Origin: Candidatus Nomurabacteria bacterium
GTDB lineage: Bacteria > Patescibacteriota > Minisyncoccia > Phycocordibacterales > UBA5272
DNA: 61,373 nucleotides
Reading direction: 5' to 3'
NCBI GenBank assembly: GCA_943354975.1
Contig: CALRDS010000001.1
Location: forward strand, 1 to 61,373
The notes beneath the pieces were generated by a model. That model was given only the letters and a program-made list of their open reading frames with translations. It ran no database searches and was not told the origin of the DNA. Position numbers and translations under genes: made by a program. Shown here piece after piece: positions 8,556 through 17,487 of the stretch. Each line of letters starts with the position of its first letter. Positions within the stretch are counted from its first letter, which is position 1.

Positions 8556-8621
8556 TGAACTTACGAGAGCACTTTCTATGTGCGATCGGGGAGGAGGGCT
8601 ACCCGTAAGTCCCTCCTTTTT
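8556..8621 (+). ncRNA. candidate small RNA antisense-convergent to the cysS 3' end
   Basis: TTGCAA (8521-8526), 17 nt, TAGAAT (8544-8549). Terminator GGAGGG...CCCTCC plus TTTTT (8593-8621). ACTTACG (8559-8565) can alternatively pair with CGTAAGT (8604-8610) inside the terminator loop. Confidence 0.3.
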
Positions 8622-10014
8622 ATATTTTACTTACTTCCTGTCCATTTTCAGTATCTTTCACAGAAAATCCTAAGTTGAGAATTTCATCACGCAATTTATC
8701 AGACTCTTCCCAGTTTTTCTCTTCGCGAGATTTTTTACGATGATTCAGTAATTCCTTTACATTATGAGGCATATCTACAGCCTTTTCTTTCTCAGCTAAA
8801 TGTAAATTTAACCCGAGCACTGCACTCATATACATAAGTGTTGTGTATTTATCATTATCACTCAATGATTCATCTTTTATAAGATTCCAGATTTGTGCGA
8901 CACAGGCCGGAGTTCCTAAATCATCATACAAACTTTCTTTAAAAAGATTTTTGTAGTGCTTACTGATTGAACCTTCTTCTGTTTTATGTTCCACACACCA
9001 AAATACTAACTTTTTATACGCAACATTTGATGCATCCAATGCTTCAAAAGAAAAAGAAAGTTCTTTTCTATAATGTGCTGTTAATAAAAAGTATCTATAG
9101 GCGATTGGGTCATATCCTTTTTCAATCAATGTAGAAAGCGTCAGAAAGTCATCGGAGGATTTTGCCATCTTACCAACTGCATCAATCAAAAAGTTGTTAT
9201 GTACCCAATAATTAACAAATTTTTCTCCCGTCGCACAAACACTCTGTGCAATTTCATTTGTATGGTGTACGGGTATATGATCGATACCTCCCGTGTGAAT
9301 ATCAAAATGATGTCCCAAATATTTCATAGACATGGCAGAACATTCTATGTGCCAACCCGGAAAACCTATTCCCCAAGGGGATTCCCACTCCATCTGTCTT
9401 TTTTCATCTTTGGGAGAAAATTTCCATAGAGCAAAGTCAGTTATATTTCTTTTCTCTGTGTTTTCTTCTACACGAGCACCACTTCTTAGTCCTTCTACAT
9501 CTAGATGGGCGAAATCTGCATACTTTTTAAACTTGGCGGTGTCAAAATAAACTCCATCATTTGTTACATATGCATAACCTTTTTTTTCAAGAGATCTAAT
9601 TAATTCTATCTGCTCAGGAATATGATCTGTTGCGCGTGGGAAAATATAATCCTTAATAGGAATATTTAGTGCGATTAAATCCTTAAAATAAGCATCAGTA
9701 TACAGCTTTGCAATATCCCAAACACTTTTACCTTCACGTCGTGAACCTTTTTCCATTTTATCCTCACCATTATCACCATCATCTGTATTGTGTCCAACAT
9801 CTGTAATATTTATGACATGTTTAACATTATAATGTGCTGAAACAAACATTCTACGCAAAGTATCCGCAAAAACATATGCTCGTAAGTTTCCAATCTGAGC
9901 AAAATGGTAAACAGTTGGTCCACAAGAATAAATGGAAACTTCTCCTTCTTTTATAGGTTTAAATTCTTCAATATTTTTAGTTTTTGTATTGTATAATCGT
10001 ATCTCACTAAGCAT
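8620..10014 (-). CDS. cysS: cysteine--tRNA ligase
   Basis: CGPTVYHFAQIGNLR (HIGH region), GWHIECS, KMAKS (KMSKS). Confidence 0.95.
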   Translation of the reverse strand: MLSEIRLYNTKTKNIEEFKPIKEGEVSIYSCGPTVYHFAQIGNLRAYVFADTLRRMFVSAHYNVKHVINITDVGHNTDDGDNGEDKMEKGSRREGKSVWDIAKLYTDAYFKDLIALNIPIKDYIFPRATDHIPEQIELIRSLEKKGYAYVTNDGVYFDTAKFKKYADFAHLDVEGLRSGARVEENTEKRNITDFALWKFSPKDEKRQMEWESPWGIGFPGWHIECSAMSMKYLGHHFDIHTGGIDHIPVHHTNEIAQSVCATGEKFVNYWVHNNFLIDAVGKMAKSSDDFLTLSTLIEKGYDPIAYRYFLLTAHYRKELSFSFEALDASNVAYKKLVFWCVEHKTEEGSISKHYKNLFKESLYDDLGTPACVAQIWNLIKDESLSDNDKYTTLMYMSAVLGLNLHLAEKEKAVDMPHNVKELLNHRKKSREEKNWEESDKLRDEILNLGFSVKDTENGQEVSKI

Positions 10015-10063
10015 GTATTTATCCCTTTATTCTAACACATTTTTGCGCTATACTATTTGTTAT

Positions 10064-11311
10064 ATGCAGAGATTCTCAATCGCTCCACACATAAAAAGAC
10101 CGGCAACGGCTACCCCTAGAAAAGTATTTAAACACTTAGGTATAGTTATCTTTATAGTTGCGTTATTTTGCGTAGGAGTCATAGTTGGTGCGGCATTAAA
10201 TAATAATACGTATGCGGCAGATGGGAAAGTAGATAGCCCACTTCTTTCTCAAGTAAAAAGTAAACTAGACGAGAAGCTTATTTTTTGGAAATCATCTTCA
10301 ACATTACCAACAGATAAAGAGCTTGAGTACGGAATGATAAGAGGATACGTAGATAGTTACAAAGATCCTTATACTGTGTTTTTCCCTCCAGCTGAAGCAA
10401 AAAGCTTCGCAGAAAATGTACAAGGTTCTTTTGGAGGTGTAGGTATGAACGTAGGTATGAAAGATGGAAGTATCGTGATAATTGCACCGCTTAAAGACTC
10501 TCCAGCTATGAAGGCAGGAATTTTAGCCGGGGATATCATTACTGCAGTTGATGGGAAAAGTATGATAGGGTTTTCTTCTGATCAAGCCGTTAATATGATT
10601 CGTGGTCCAATAGATACAAAAGTAGTTGTAACAGTACTTCATAAAAACGCAAAAGAAGTTTCTGATATTACAATAATACGTAAAGAAATAAAAATCCCGA
10701 CGATTGATACAGAAAAGAAAGACGGAGTATTCATAATACATTTATATAATTTCTCTGCCGAGTCTCCTGAATTGTTCCATACAGCATTAAATGACTTCAT
10801 AACTTCGGGTTTGAAATATCTGGTTATTGATTTACGAGGAAACCCAGGAGGATATCTAGAAGCATCAGTAAAGATGGCAAGTTTTTTCTTGAAAGAGGGT
10901 CAGGTGGTTGTAAGTGAGAGACAGGGAAAAGACGAAACAGTAGTTAACCATAGAAGTTTAGGCTTAACTGGATTACTCTCTGATACAAAAGTGGTTGTTT
11001 TGGTAGACGGAGGTTCTGCATCAGCGTCAGAAATATTTGCTGGAGCATTAAAGGATCAGGGTGTTGCAAAAATAGTTGGTGAAAAAACCTTTGGGAAAGG
11101 CTCTGTCCAAGAGTTGGTGAATTTTGAAGGTGGATCGTCTCTTAAAGTAACTATAGCAAAATGGTATACACCATCTGGGATAAATATATCCGTAAGTGGA
11201 ATCAAATCAGACGTTGAATCTGTTGCCACAACAACAGTTAAAGGAAAGGATGGTAAGCCGGTAGACACTCAGCTTTTAAAGGCTATTGAAGTAGTAAAGA
11301 GAGTGGGTTAG
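10064..11311 (+). CDS. carboxy-terminal processing protease (S41) with PDZ domain
   Basis: The track ORF is trimmed to ATG 10064 (MQRFSI...), because the longer form overlaps cysS. PDZ GDIITAVDG, S41 motifs DLRGNPGG and GGSASASEIFAGAL. Confidence 0.9.
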   Translation: MQRFSIAPHIKRPATATPRKVFKHLGIVIFIVALFCVGVIVGAALNNNTYAADGKVDSPLLSQVKSKLDEKLIFWKSSSTLPTDKELEYGMIRGYVDSYKDPYTVFFPPAEAKSFAENVQGSFGGVGMNVGMKDGSIVIIAPLKDSPAMKAGILAGDIITAVDGKSMIGFSSDQAVNMIRGPIDTKVVVTVLHKNAKEVSDITIIRKEIKIPTIDTEKKDGVFIIHLYNFSAESPELFHTALNDFITSGLKYLVIDLRGNPGGYLEASVKMASFFLKEGQVVVSERQGKDETVVNHRSLGLTGLLSDTKVVVLVDGGSASASEIFAGALKDQGVAKIVGEKTFGKGSVQELVNFEGGSSLKVTIAKWYTPSGINISVSGIKSDVESVATTTVKGKDGKPVDTQLLKAIEVVKRVG

Positions 11312-11320
11312 TATAAGAAA

Positions 11321-11761
11321 ATGAAAATAATATTGTTGAAAGATATTTCTCGTCTTGGAAAAAGAGGAGAAATTAAAGAGGTGGCGGACGGGTACGCAAT
11401 GAACGTACTTATTAAAAGTGCCCAGGCAATACGTGCCACACCAGAAGAACTTACAAAATGGAAGCAAAAGGAAGAAGCCCAAAAAAGAAAAAAAGAGCTC
11501 GCTACAACTATATTTTCTCAATTACTGGATAAATTAAATAAAGAACAGGTAAAAATCACTGGTAAAAAAGCTGATCAAAAAGGACAACTCTTCGCACAAG
11601 TAAAGGAAACTGACATAACAGAAATGATATTTAAATCAACCAATATTTCCATTGACCCACACCAAGTTATAATCCCCACACCCATAAAATCAGTTGGCGT
11701 GCATACCGTGGAATTAAAACAAGGAACTCGTAAAGAAAAATTCAAAATTAATGTAATCTGA
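11321..11761 (+). CDS. rplI: 50S ribosomal protein L9
   Basis: [29 protein letters not shown] is the L9 N-terminal domain. Confidence 0.9.
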   Translation: MKIILLKDISRLGKRGEIKEVADGYAMNVLIKSAQAIRATPEELTKWKQKEEAQKRKKELATTIFSQLLDKLNKEQVKITGKKADQKGQLFAQVKETDITEMIFKSTNISIDPHQVIIPTPIKSVGVHTVELKQGTRKEKFKINVI

Positions 11762-11806
11762 GTATAAACGATCACAGTTGTCCTAGAAATTGTGTATACT
11801 TGAATT

Positions 11807-12286
11807 ATGAGTACTCATAAAAGTTCTAACGTAAGCGCAATAATAGTTTTTGTAATCTTAGGTGGAATTTTTTATTTTTACAAAAATATTCCTACAAAAG
11901 TAGTTATTACTCCGATAGATAAAAGCTCATTAGCTCCACCGGGGATTCCAATTAAAAAAGAATCTACTACTAAAGTCCCGGCAACCATGGTTATATACAC
12001 AGATAATGGATTTACACCAAAAACAATTGTAATCAAAAAAGGATCTAAATTAACTTTTGTTAATAAGACAACAAACAAAATGTGGATAGCGTCTGACCCA
12101 CATCCAACTAATAGTGGGTACATCGGAAAAACCAGAGTATCACACTGTCCTGACACTTCTGGAACTGCTTTTGACCAGTGCAATATTGGTAATAGTTATA
12201 CTTTTACTTTCAACAAAATTGGAACATGGGGATACCATAATTACATGGTAGACCAAGACAAAGGCGTGATAACTGTAACTGAATAA
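11807..12286 (+). CDS. membrane-anchored cupredoxin-like domain protein
   Basis: TM anchor, then a beta-sandwich-like F.P..I.IKKGS.L.F.N......H...SDPHP...C...H pattern. The assignment is tentative. Confidence 0.5.
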   Translation: MSTHKSSNVSAIIVFVILGGIFYFYKNIPTKVVITPIDKSSLAPPGIPIKKESTTKVPATMVIYTDNGFTPKTIVIKKGSKLTFVNKTTNKMWIASDPHPTNSGYIGKTRVSHCPDTSGTAFDQCNIGNSYTFTFNKIGTWGYHNYMVDQDKGVITVTE

Positions 12287-12316
12287 AAAACTGACCCTGG
12301 TGGTCAGTTTTTTATT

Positions 12317-12589
12317 TTATAAAACATTCGCAATCTTTTTTCTTTTTATAGATCCGTCTAGATGCTTCATCCGTCTTTCTGAGTATGATACAACTCCTGG
12401 TTTAAGCGCAAATAACGTGTGATCTTTTCCTAGTCCTACATTTTTTCCAGCCATTATCTTTGTGCCTCTTTGGCGAACAATAATAGCCCCAGCTGAGGCT
12501 GTTTCTCCAGCATAAAGCTTAGTACCTAGGTACTTTGGCTTACTATCTGTTAGGTTTTTTGCCGAACCTGCGGCTTTTCTTGTTGCCAT
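12317..12589 (-). CDS. rpmA: 50S ribosomal protein L27
   Basis: AGSAKN..DS.PK.LG.K...G......[10 protein letters not shown]...[12 protein letters not shown]. Confidence 0.95.
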   Translation of the reverse strand: MATRKAAGSAKNLTDSKPKYLGTKLYAGETASAGAIIVRQRGTKIMAGKNVGLGKDHTLFALKPGVVSYSERRMKHLDGSIKRKKIANVL

Positions 12590-12618
12590 AGCTTATACTA
12601 AAAATGCAGAATAATTAA

Positions 12619-12969
12619 TTGTTTATGTGGCACAGTATACAAGAAAACTTGAAAAAAATCAATAGCTACCTATCTTGGGGTGACTGTTTCAGTTTATTTA
12701 TAACAACCTTGTTTCTGGGCACTTTTTTAACATTTATATATCTAGAAAAAGCCGATTCCTACATACCCGTGCGATATATAGAGTCTAACGGGGAAATTTT
12801 GTCTAAAAATAATATCTCGAAGCCGTTTGCGAGTAGAAGCGGTAAAACCTATACCTTTTCTTGGTGCCAAGGATCTACAATTATAAGTGAGAAAAACAAA
12901 ATATATTTTTCAACTGAAGACGAGGCCATTAACTCAGGTAGAGTTTTATCCAAGCTTTGCCAAAAATAA
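12619..12969 (+). CDS. membrane-anchored protein with C-terminal Cys-containing (Ada-like/sunset-type) motif
   Basis: TM helix. The C-terminus reads GKTYTFSWCQGSTII..KNKIYF.TE.EA...GR..SKLC. An ATG at 12625 is an alternative start. Confidence 0.55.
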   Translation: MFMWHSIQENLKKINSYLSWGDCFSLFITTLFLGTFLTFIYLEKADSYIPVRYIESNGEILSKNNISKPFASRSGKTYTFSWCQGSTIISEKNKIYFSTEDEAINSGRVLSKLCQK

Positions 12970-13036
12970 AAAAAGACCCGGGCGAACATGGGAGGATGAA
13001 CGCCTGGCCTAAATCCTACGGTAGGGTGCAGGGAAT
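12968..13036 (-). ncRNA. candidate ~70-nt sRNA with CCUCCC (anti-SD-like) hairpin loop
   Basis: TTGTCA (13066-13071), 17 nt, TATAGT (13043-13048). The GC-rich stem GGCCAGGCG.../...CGCCCGGGTC encloses the loop UUCAUCCUCCCAUGUU (CCUCCC = 12990-12995) and is followed by a T7 run. No ORF. Confidence 0.35.
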
Positions 13037-13272
13037 ACCAAGACTATACCAAACTTACTTACTTTTGACAACCCCTCTAAAATAAAACTAAATTTGTCCA
13101 CTTCTATTATTAAGAACTACCGCTATACTGTAACTATATGGCAAAAGGAAATCACAGCGAAAGAAGAGAGAAAAAGAAGCCAAAGAAGGTTGTTATAAAA
13201 TAGATTTTTAACTTTCTAAGACTTAATAAAATTCAAAGCATTTAAAAGTGCTATTTTTGTTATACTATCTTT

Positions 13273-13875
13273 ATGATTTTCACCCCTCGCTTAGATGAAG
13301 CTATACGACTTTCAGCCCAGCTTCACAGAAACCAAGTAAGAAAAGATAACCAGAAAACTCCTTACATAACTCATCTTTTTTCTGTTGCTTTAATTATTGC
13401 AGAAGTAACTGATAATGAAGACATAATAATCGCTGGTCTTATGCATGATTCGCTGGAGGATGTTCCTGGATACACATACTCGAAGCTAACTGAGGACTGT
13501 GGTGAAGATGTTGCAAAAATTGTTCAATCTGTTACTGAGCCTCTTGACCCAAACAAAGAGGAGACCGAGCAATTGCCATGGCTAGAAAGAAAAGAAAAAT
13601 ACTTAGAAAGTCTTAAATCTGGAGGCCGTGAAGGTGCAATAGTTTCTGGTGCAGATAAAATACACAATACTGAAAGCTTGTTAAGAGGACTAGAACGAGA
13701 AAAAGATGAATTTCTAAAAAGATTTAGCTCTAGTTTACGCAATAAACTTTGGTTTCATGAGCAAGTACTTTTAATAATAGAAGAAAAGCTTGGGACTGAC
13801 CATCGTATTGTAATGCGGATGAAAACCTGCACAGAAAAATTTAAGTCACTTCTTTCTGAATATGAAAAAGGATAA
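13273..13875 (+). CDS. HD-domain phosphohydrolase, SpoT/MESH1-like (p)ppGpp-hydrolase type
   Basis: A.HR.Q.RK....PYI.H...VA.....T.......AGL.HD..ED pattern. Its stop overlaps the next gene by 14 nt. Confidence 0.7.
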   Translation: MIFTPRLDEAIRLSAQLHRNQVRKDNQKTPYITHLFSVALIIAEVTDNEDIIIAGLMHDSLEDVPGYTYSKLTEDCGEDVAKIVQSVTEPLDPNKEETEQLPWLERKEKYLESLKSGGREGAIVSGADKIHNTESLLRGLEREKDEFLKRFSSSLRNKLWFHEQVLLIIEEKLGTDHRIVMRMKTCTEKFKSLLSEYEKG

Positions 13876-16800
13876 AAATATAAGCCTAAATTTTGAAGAG
13901 CGATATAATACTCTAAACAAAGAACAGAAAAAAGCAGTCGATGAAATAGACGGCCCAGTGCTTGTAATTGCGGGCCCGGGAAGTGGAAAGACTGAACTCT
14001 TGTCATTACGTGTAGCAAATATTCTAAGAAAGACAGGACTCTCAGGAAGTGCTGTACTGTGTCTTACATTTACTGATAGCGGAGCCATGGCCATGCGTAA
14101 AAGGTTACTTTCACTTCTTGGGAAAGAGGCGTACAGAGTTGGGGTATTTACATATCACGGATTCGCAACACATTTAATAAATAGATTTCCCGAATATTTT
14201 TATAATGCAGTCTCATTCGTACCAGCAACAGACATCATAACTTCAAACATTTTTCAAGAAATATTTAAAGCTCTCCCTCATTCACATCCATTTTCTAGTT
14301 ATCATGGTCGTTTGGGATATAGTTTCTTGTCAGATGCGAAGTCTCGTATAAGTGAAATCAAGCGTGGTGGTTATACAGCTAAATCATACAGAGAAGTTCT
14401 AGAAAAACTTATTAAGGAATCTATTGCTATAGATAAAATCTTAAAAAAATATCCTGAAGGTAAGATGTCTGTAAAAAGACTCTCTGAAATTGAACCTCTC
14501 ATAAAAGAATTTACTGGTTTAAAGTCACACACTGGAGGACTTTTCTCAGAAACATTAAAAGAAGCCGTAATCTCAACAGAAGCGTCCGGAACTGTTGAAC
14601 CATTAACCACATGGAAATCAAGATATACAGAAAAAGAAGAGGGAATCCTGATAACTAAAGACACACATAATAAAGAAAAATTACTAGCGCTTTGTGATAT
14701 TTATGACACATACGAAAATAAATTAAATGAGTTAGCTTTGTTTGACTATGATGATATGATTTTGCAGGTCGGAGAAACTCTGCGCAAAGAAGAATCTCTG
14801 CGCGACATTTTACAAGAAGAATACCAATACTTACTACTTGATGAATTCCAAGATACAAACGAAGCCCAAATGCATATAGTAGAGGCCTTAACGAGTAGTC
14901 ATATACACGAAGGAAAGCCAAACATTTTAGCAGTAGGAGATGATGACCAAGCTATTTATAAATTCCAAGGTGCACTCGTATCTCATATTTCTCATTTTAG
15001 AGGTAAATTATACAAAGATGTAAAAACCATTGTCCTTGATAAAAACTATCGTTCAACTCAAAACATAATCGATCTATCAAGAGATACAATAATTCAAGGA
15101 AAAGACCGACTGGAAAATCATTTTTCTGATATCCAAAAAATACTAAAACAAGGTAAAGAGTCACTACCTACTGGAGAAATACACATAAACTCTTATCCAA
15201 ATGAAACCAGTGAATACGAGCATGTAGCAAAGAAAATAAACGAGCTGATAAAAGAGGGGATCGCCTCCGAAGAAATTGCCGTTATATCAAAGAAGCACAA
15301 AGATTTACAATCAGTACTACCGTATTTTGATTATTATAAAATTCCTTATTCTTATGAGAAAAAGGCGAACGTCTTCGACGAGCCCCACGTTGCCGAAATA
15401 GTAACTATATGTGAATACATTTCTTCTGTTTTTAATAATGATGTGACAAAAGATTATTTACTACCACGTATTCTTTCTTATAAATTCTGGAACATTGAAG
15501 CTAAAGAATTAATTTCAATATCTGTAAAAGCAAAAAAGTCTAATCTACTGTGGAAAGACTCCGTATCTACCAGTACTGATAAAAATATCATCTCTGCATA
15601 TAATTTACTTTCTGAATTAGCAAAAGATTCTCCTAGTGCTCCTCTTGCTCACTTGATAGACACATTCATTGAAAAGAGTGGTTTCAAAACTTATTATTTT
15701 GGTGAAGATGTTTTAAAAGAAAATGAAGTTAAGTACATAACATTTCTCACATCGCTTCGCACATTTATGGAGGCACTACGTGAGTACAAAGATAAAGAGA
15801 ATCTGCTAGCTAGTGATGTGTCTACCTTCGTTCATATATATAAAGAACACAAACTCTCACTTGTCTCAACTACTGTATTATCCACAAATATAAAAAATAT
15901 CTCATTATTATCTGCACATAAATCTAAAGGTTTAGAATTTGAGTACGTTTTTATTATTAACGGCGATGATGATACTTGGAACGGGCGAGGTCGCACGAAC
16001 ATAGTACCACTGCCTATTTATCTCGTTCCTTTTATCGTTCCAGCAGGGGACACAGAAGATGATAAGTTACGATTACTTTATGTTGCTCTAACAAGAGCCA
16101 AACATTCTTTGTATGTATCACACCACGGCACACTAGTTAGATATTTAGAAAACCAAGATAAATATAAAAAAGAAATAGCTATTGAAAGTGATATAAATCT
16201 AAAAAATTCCACTCTCTCCCTTCCTCTTATACTTCATACTCCATACTCACAAAAAGAGCATAGCTTGTTGAAAGAATTGGTAAAGGATTATGCGATGCCA
16301 GTTACACATTTACAAAACTTTACAGATTTATCTCGTGGGGGACCATTTTATTTTGTTGAACAAAACTTATTACGCTTTCCAAAACCACTAATTGCAAGTG
16401 GTGCTTATGGAAATGCAGTTCATTCTGGAATAGAAGAAATAGTTTTGTATAAAAAGTATCACGGTGGAGAATCTCCGACTTTAGAACATATATTAAGTAC
16501 GTTTGTACATAAACTTGCATCGAGTCGACTACCTCAATCTGAATACATCTTTTTTAAAAACAAAGGCGAAGAAACCCTAAGAAGATACTACAAAGAAGCT
16601 GTAAAAAATTTCACTGGGAATGAAGCTGTAGAGCTCGATATGAAAGAAGAGGGGGTCACAGTAGATGATGCAGTATTAACTGGTAAAATCGATTTTATGC
16701 GTGAAGAAAAAGATGGATACCATATATTGGATTTCAAAACTGGAAAAAGTTATGTGGAATGGAAAGGAAAAGATGATACGGAGAAAATAAAATTACATAA

Positions 16801-17077
16801 TTATAGATATCAGTTACTCATGTATAAACTTCTATTAGAGGAAAGTACCCATTACAAGAAAAATGTATCGACCCTCGGACTTCAATTTGTAGATGACGAA
16901 GAAATAACGACTCTTTATTTAGATGAAAAAGATGGAGAGATGGAACATTTCAAAAAATTAATCTCTGCAGTTTATAAAAAAATAACTACACTTAATTTCC
17001 CAGATATTTCTAAATACCCTCAAACACTTGATGGCATAAAACAATTTGAAGAAGATTTGATTTCTGAAAAAATATGA
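13862..17077 (+). CDS. UvrD/Rep-family helicase fused to a C-terminal PD-(D/E)XK nuclease (AddA/RecB-like)
   Basis: Helicase motifs GPGSGKT, LLLDEFQDTN, VGDDDQAIYKFQGA, YRSTQNI, SAHKSKGLEFEYVFI, LLYVALTRAK. Nuclease motifs GKIDF...ILDFKTGK...YQLLMYKLLL at the C-terminus. Confidence 0.85.
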   Translation: MKKDKNISLNFEERYNTLNKEQKKAVDEIDGPVLVIAGPGSGKTELLSLRVANILRKTGLSGSAVLCLTFTDSGAMAMRKRLLSLLGKEAYRVGVFTYHGFATHLINRFPEYFYNAVSFVPATDIITSNIFQEIFKALPHSHPFSSYHGRLGYSFLSDAKSRISEIKRGGYTAKSYREVLEKLIKESIAIDKILKKYPEGKMSVKRLSEIEPLIKEFTGLKSHTGGLFSETLKEAVISTEASGTVEPLTTWKSRYTEKEEGILITKDTHNKEKLLALCDIYDTYENKLNELALFDYDDMILQVGETLRKEESLRDILQEEYQYLLLDEFQDTNEAQMHIVEALTSSHIHEGKPNILAVGDDDQAIYKFQGALVSHISHFRGKLYKDVKTIVLDKNYRSTQNIIDLSRDTIIQGKDRLENHFSDIQKILKQGKESLPTGEIHINSYPNETSEYEHVAKKINELIKEGIASEEIAVISKKHKDLQSVLPYFDYYKIPYSYEKKANVFDEPHVAEIVTICEYISSVFNNDVTKDYLLPRILSYKFWNIEAKELISISVKAKKSNLLWKDSVSTSTDKNIISAYNLLSELAKDSPSAPLAHLIDTFIEKSGFKTYYFGEDVLKENEVKYITFLTSLRTFMEALREYKDKENLLASDVSTFVHIYKEHKLSLVSTTVLSTNIKNISLLSAHKSKGLEFEYVFIINGDDDTWNGRGRTNIVPLPIYLVPFIVPAGDTEDDKLRLLYVALTRAKHSLYVSHHGTLVRYLENQDKYKKEIAIESDINLKNSTLSLPLILHTPYSQKEHSLLKELVKDYAMPVTHLQNFTDLSRGGPFYFVEQNLLRFPKPLIASGAYGNAVHSGIEEIVLYKKYHGGESPTLEHILSTFVHKLASSRLPQSEYIFFKNKGEETLRRYYKEAVKNFTGNEAVELDMKEEGVTVDDAVLTGKIDFMREEKDGYHILDFKTGKSYVEWKGKDDTEKIKLHNYRYQLLMYKLLLEESTHYKKNVSTLGLQFVDDEEITTLYLDEKDGEMEHFKKLISAVYKKITTLNFPDISKYPQTLDGIKQFEEDLISEKI

Positions 17078-17110
17078 AATAAAAAAGGCACAACCACTTC
17101 CGTGGTGTGC

Positions 17111-17311
17111 TTATTGGGGTTTCTGACCATAGTGCATCAGGTCTCGGAAAAACGCCACGTGGACCATGAAGCACAGGACCGCCACTCCGCCAAGGTTCGC
17201 GATGAAGCAAATCTCCGGCGAGAGGGGAATCAGGTACATGTTGATGAACATGAGTCCACCGAATTCCAAGGCGATTGGCCACCAAATCATGTATAGAAAC
17301 AACAGAATCAT
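17111..17311 (-). CDS. small hydrophobic protein (66 aa, ~2 TM), GC-rich cassette B
   Basis: MILLFLYMIWWPIALEFGGLMFINMYLIPL...; the track ORF runs to 17359. TTGACA, 17 nt, TAACAT upstream. Terminator GCACACCAC-GGAA-GTGGTTGTGC plus a T run at about 17085-17110. G+C is well above the flanks. Confidence 0.45.
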   Translation of the reverse strand: MILLFLYMIWWPIALEFGGLMFINMYLIPLSPEICFIANLGGVAVLCFMVHVAFFRDLMHYGQKPQ

Positions 17312-17453
17312 CGTTCCCTTGGTCCTCGGAAAATGTTTTAAGACACTTCTCCTTATCATTGGGATTCTTATATGTTACAACCAAAACCAATTTCTGTCAA
17401 TATTGCTCTAGTTAGTACAGACGAACCGAGACTTTTCTTAAAGCAACATCACT

Positions 17454-17481
17454 GGAAACTAAAAACTAAAAACTGTAAACT
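17454..17481 (+). repeat. heptad tract GGAAACT AAAAACT AAAAACT GTAAACT
   Basis: Exact 7-nt phasing. The last unit supplies TAAACT (17476-17481), 6 nt before ATG 17488. Confidence 0.7.
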
Positions 17482-17487
17482 ACCTAC

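Noticed and set aside
9932-10063. N-terminal extensions of track ORFs: 9932 for the protease, 52042 for alaS, 5753 for the small TM protein, 49612, 59712, 29963, 52550 and 42645
   Set aside because: The extensions overlap neighbouring genes or promoters. They are followed by internal starts that match family N-termini or have an SD or -10 context, so the ORFs were trimmed.
13139-13201. 20-aa Lys/Arg-rich mini-ORF MAKGNHSERREKKKPKKVVIK upstream of the HD gene
   Set aside because: It has no SD or clear promoter and is very short. It could be a leader peptide, but nothing in the sequence supports this beyond the open frame.
17010-17411. ORFs 17010-17390(-), 17102-17296(+) and 17166-17411(+)
   Set aside because: These are overlapping frames of the same GC-rich island. 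They have Pro/Arg/His-rich, non-protein-like composition. The hydrophobic 66-aa frame flanked by a promoter and a terminator is the only credible one.
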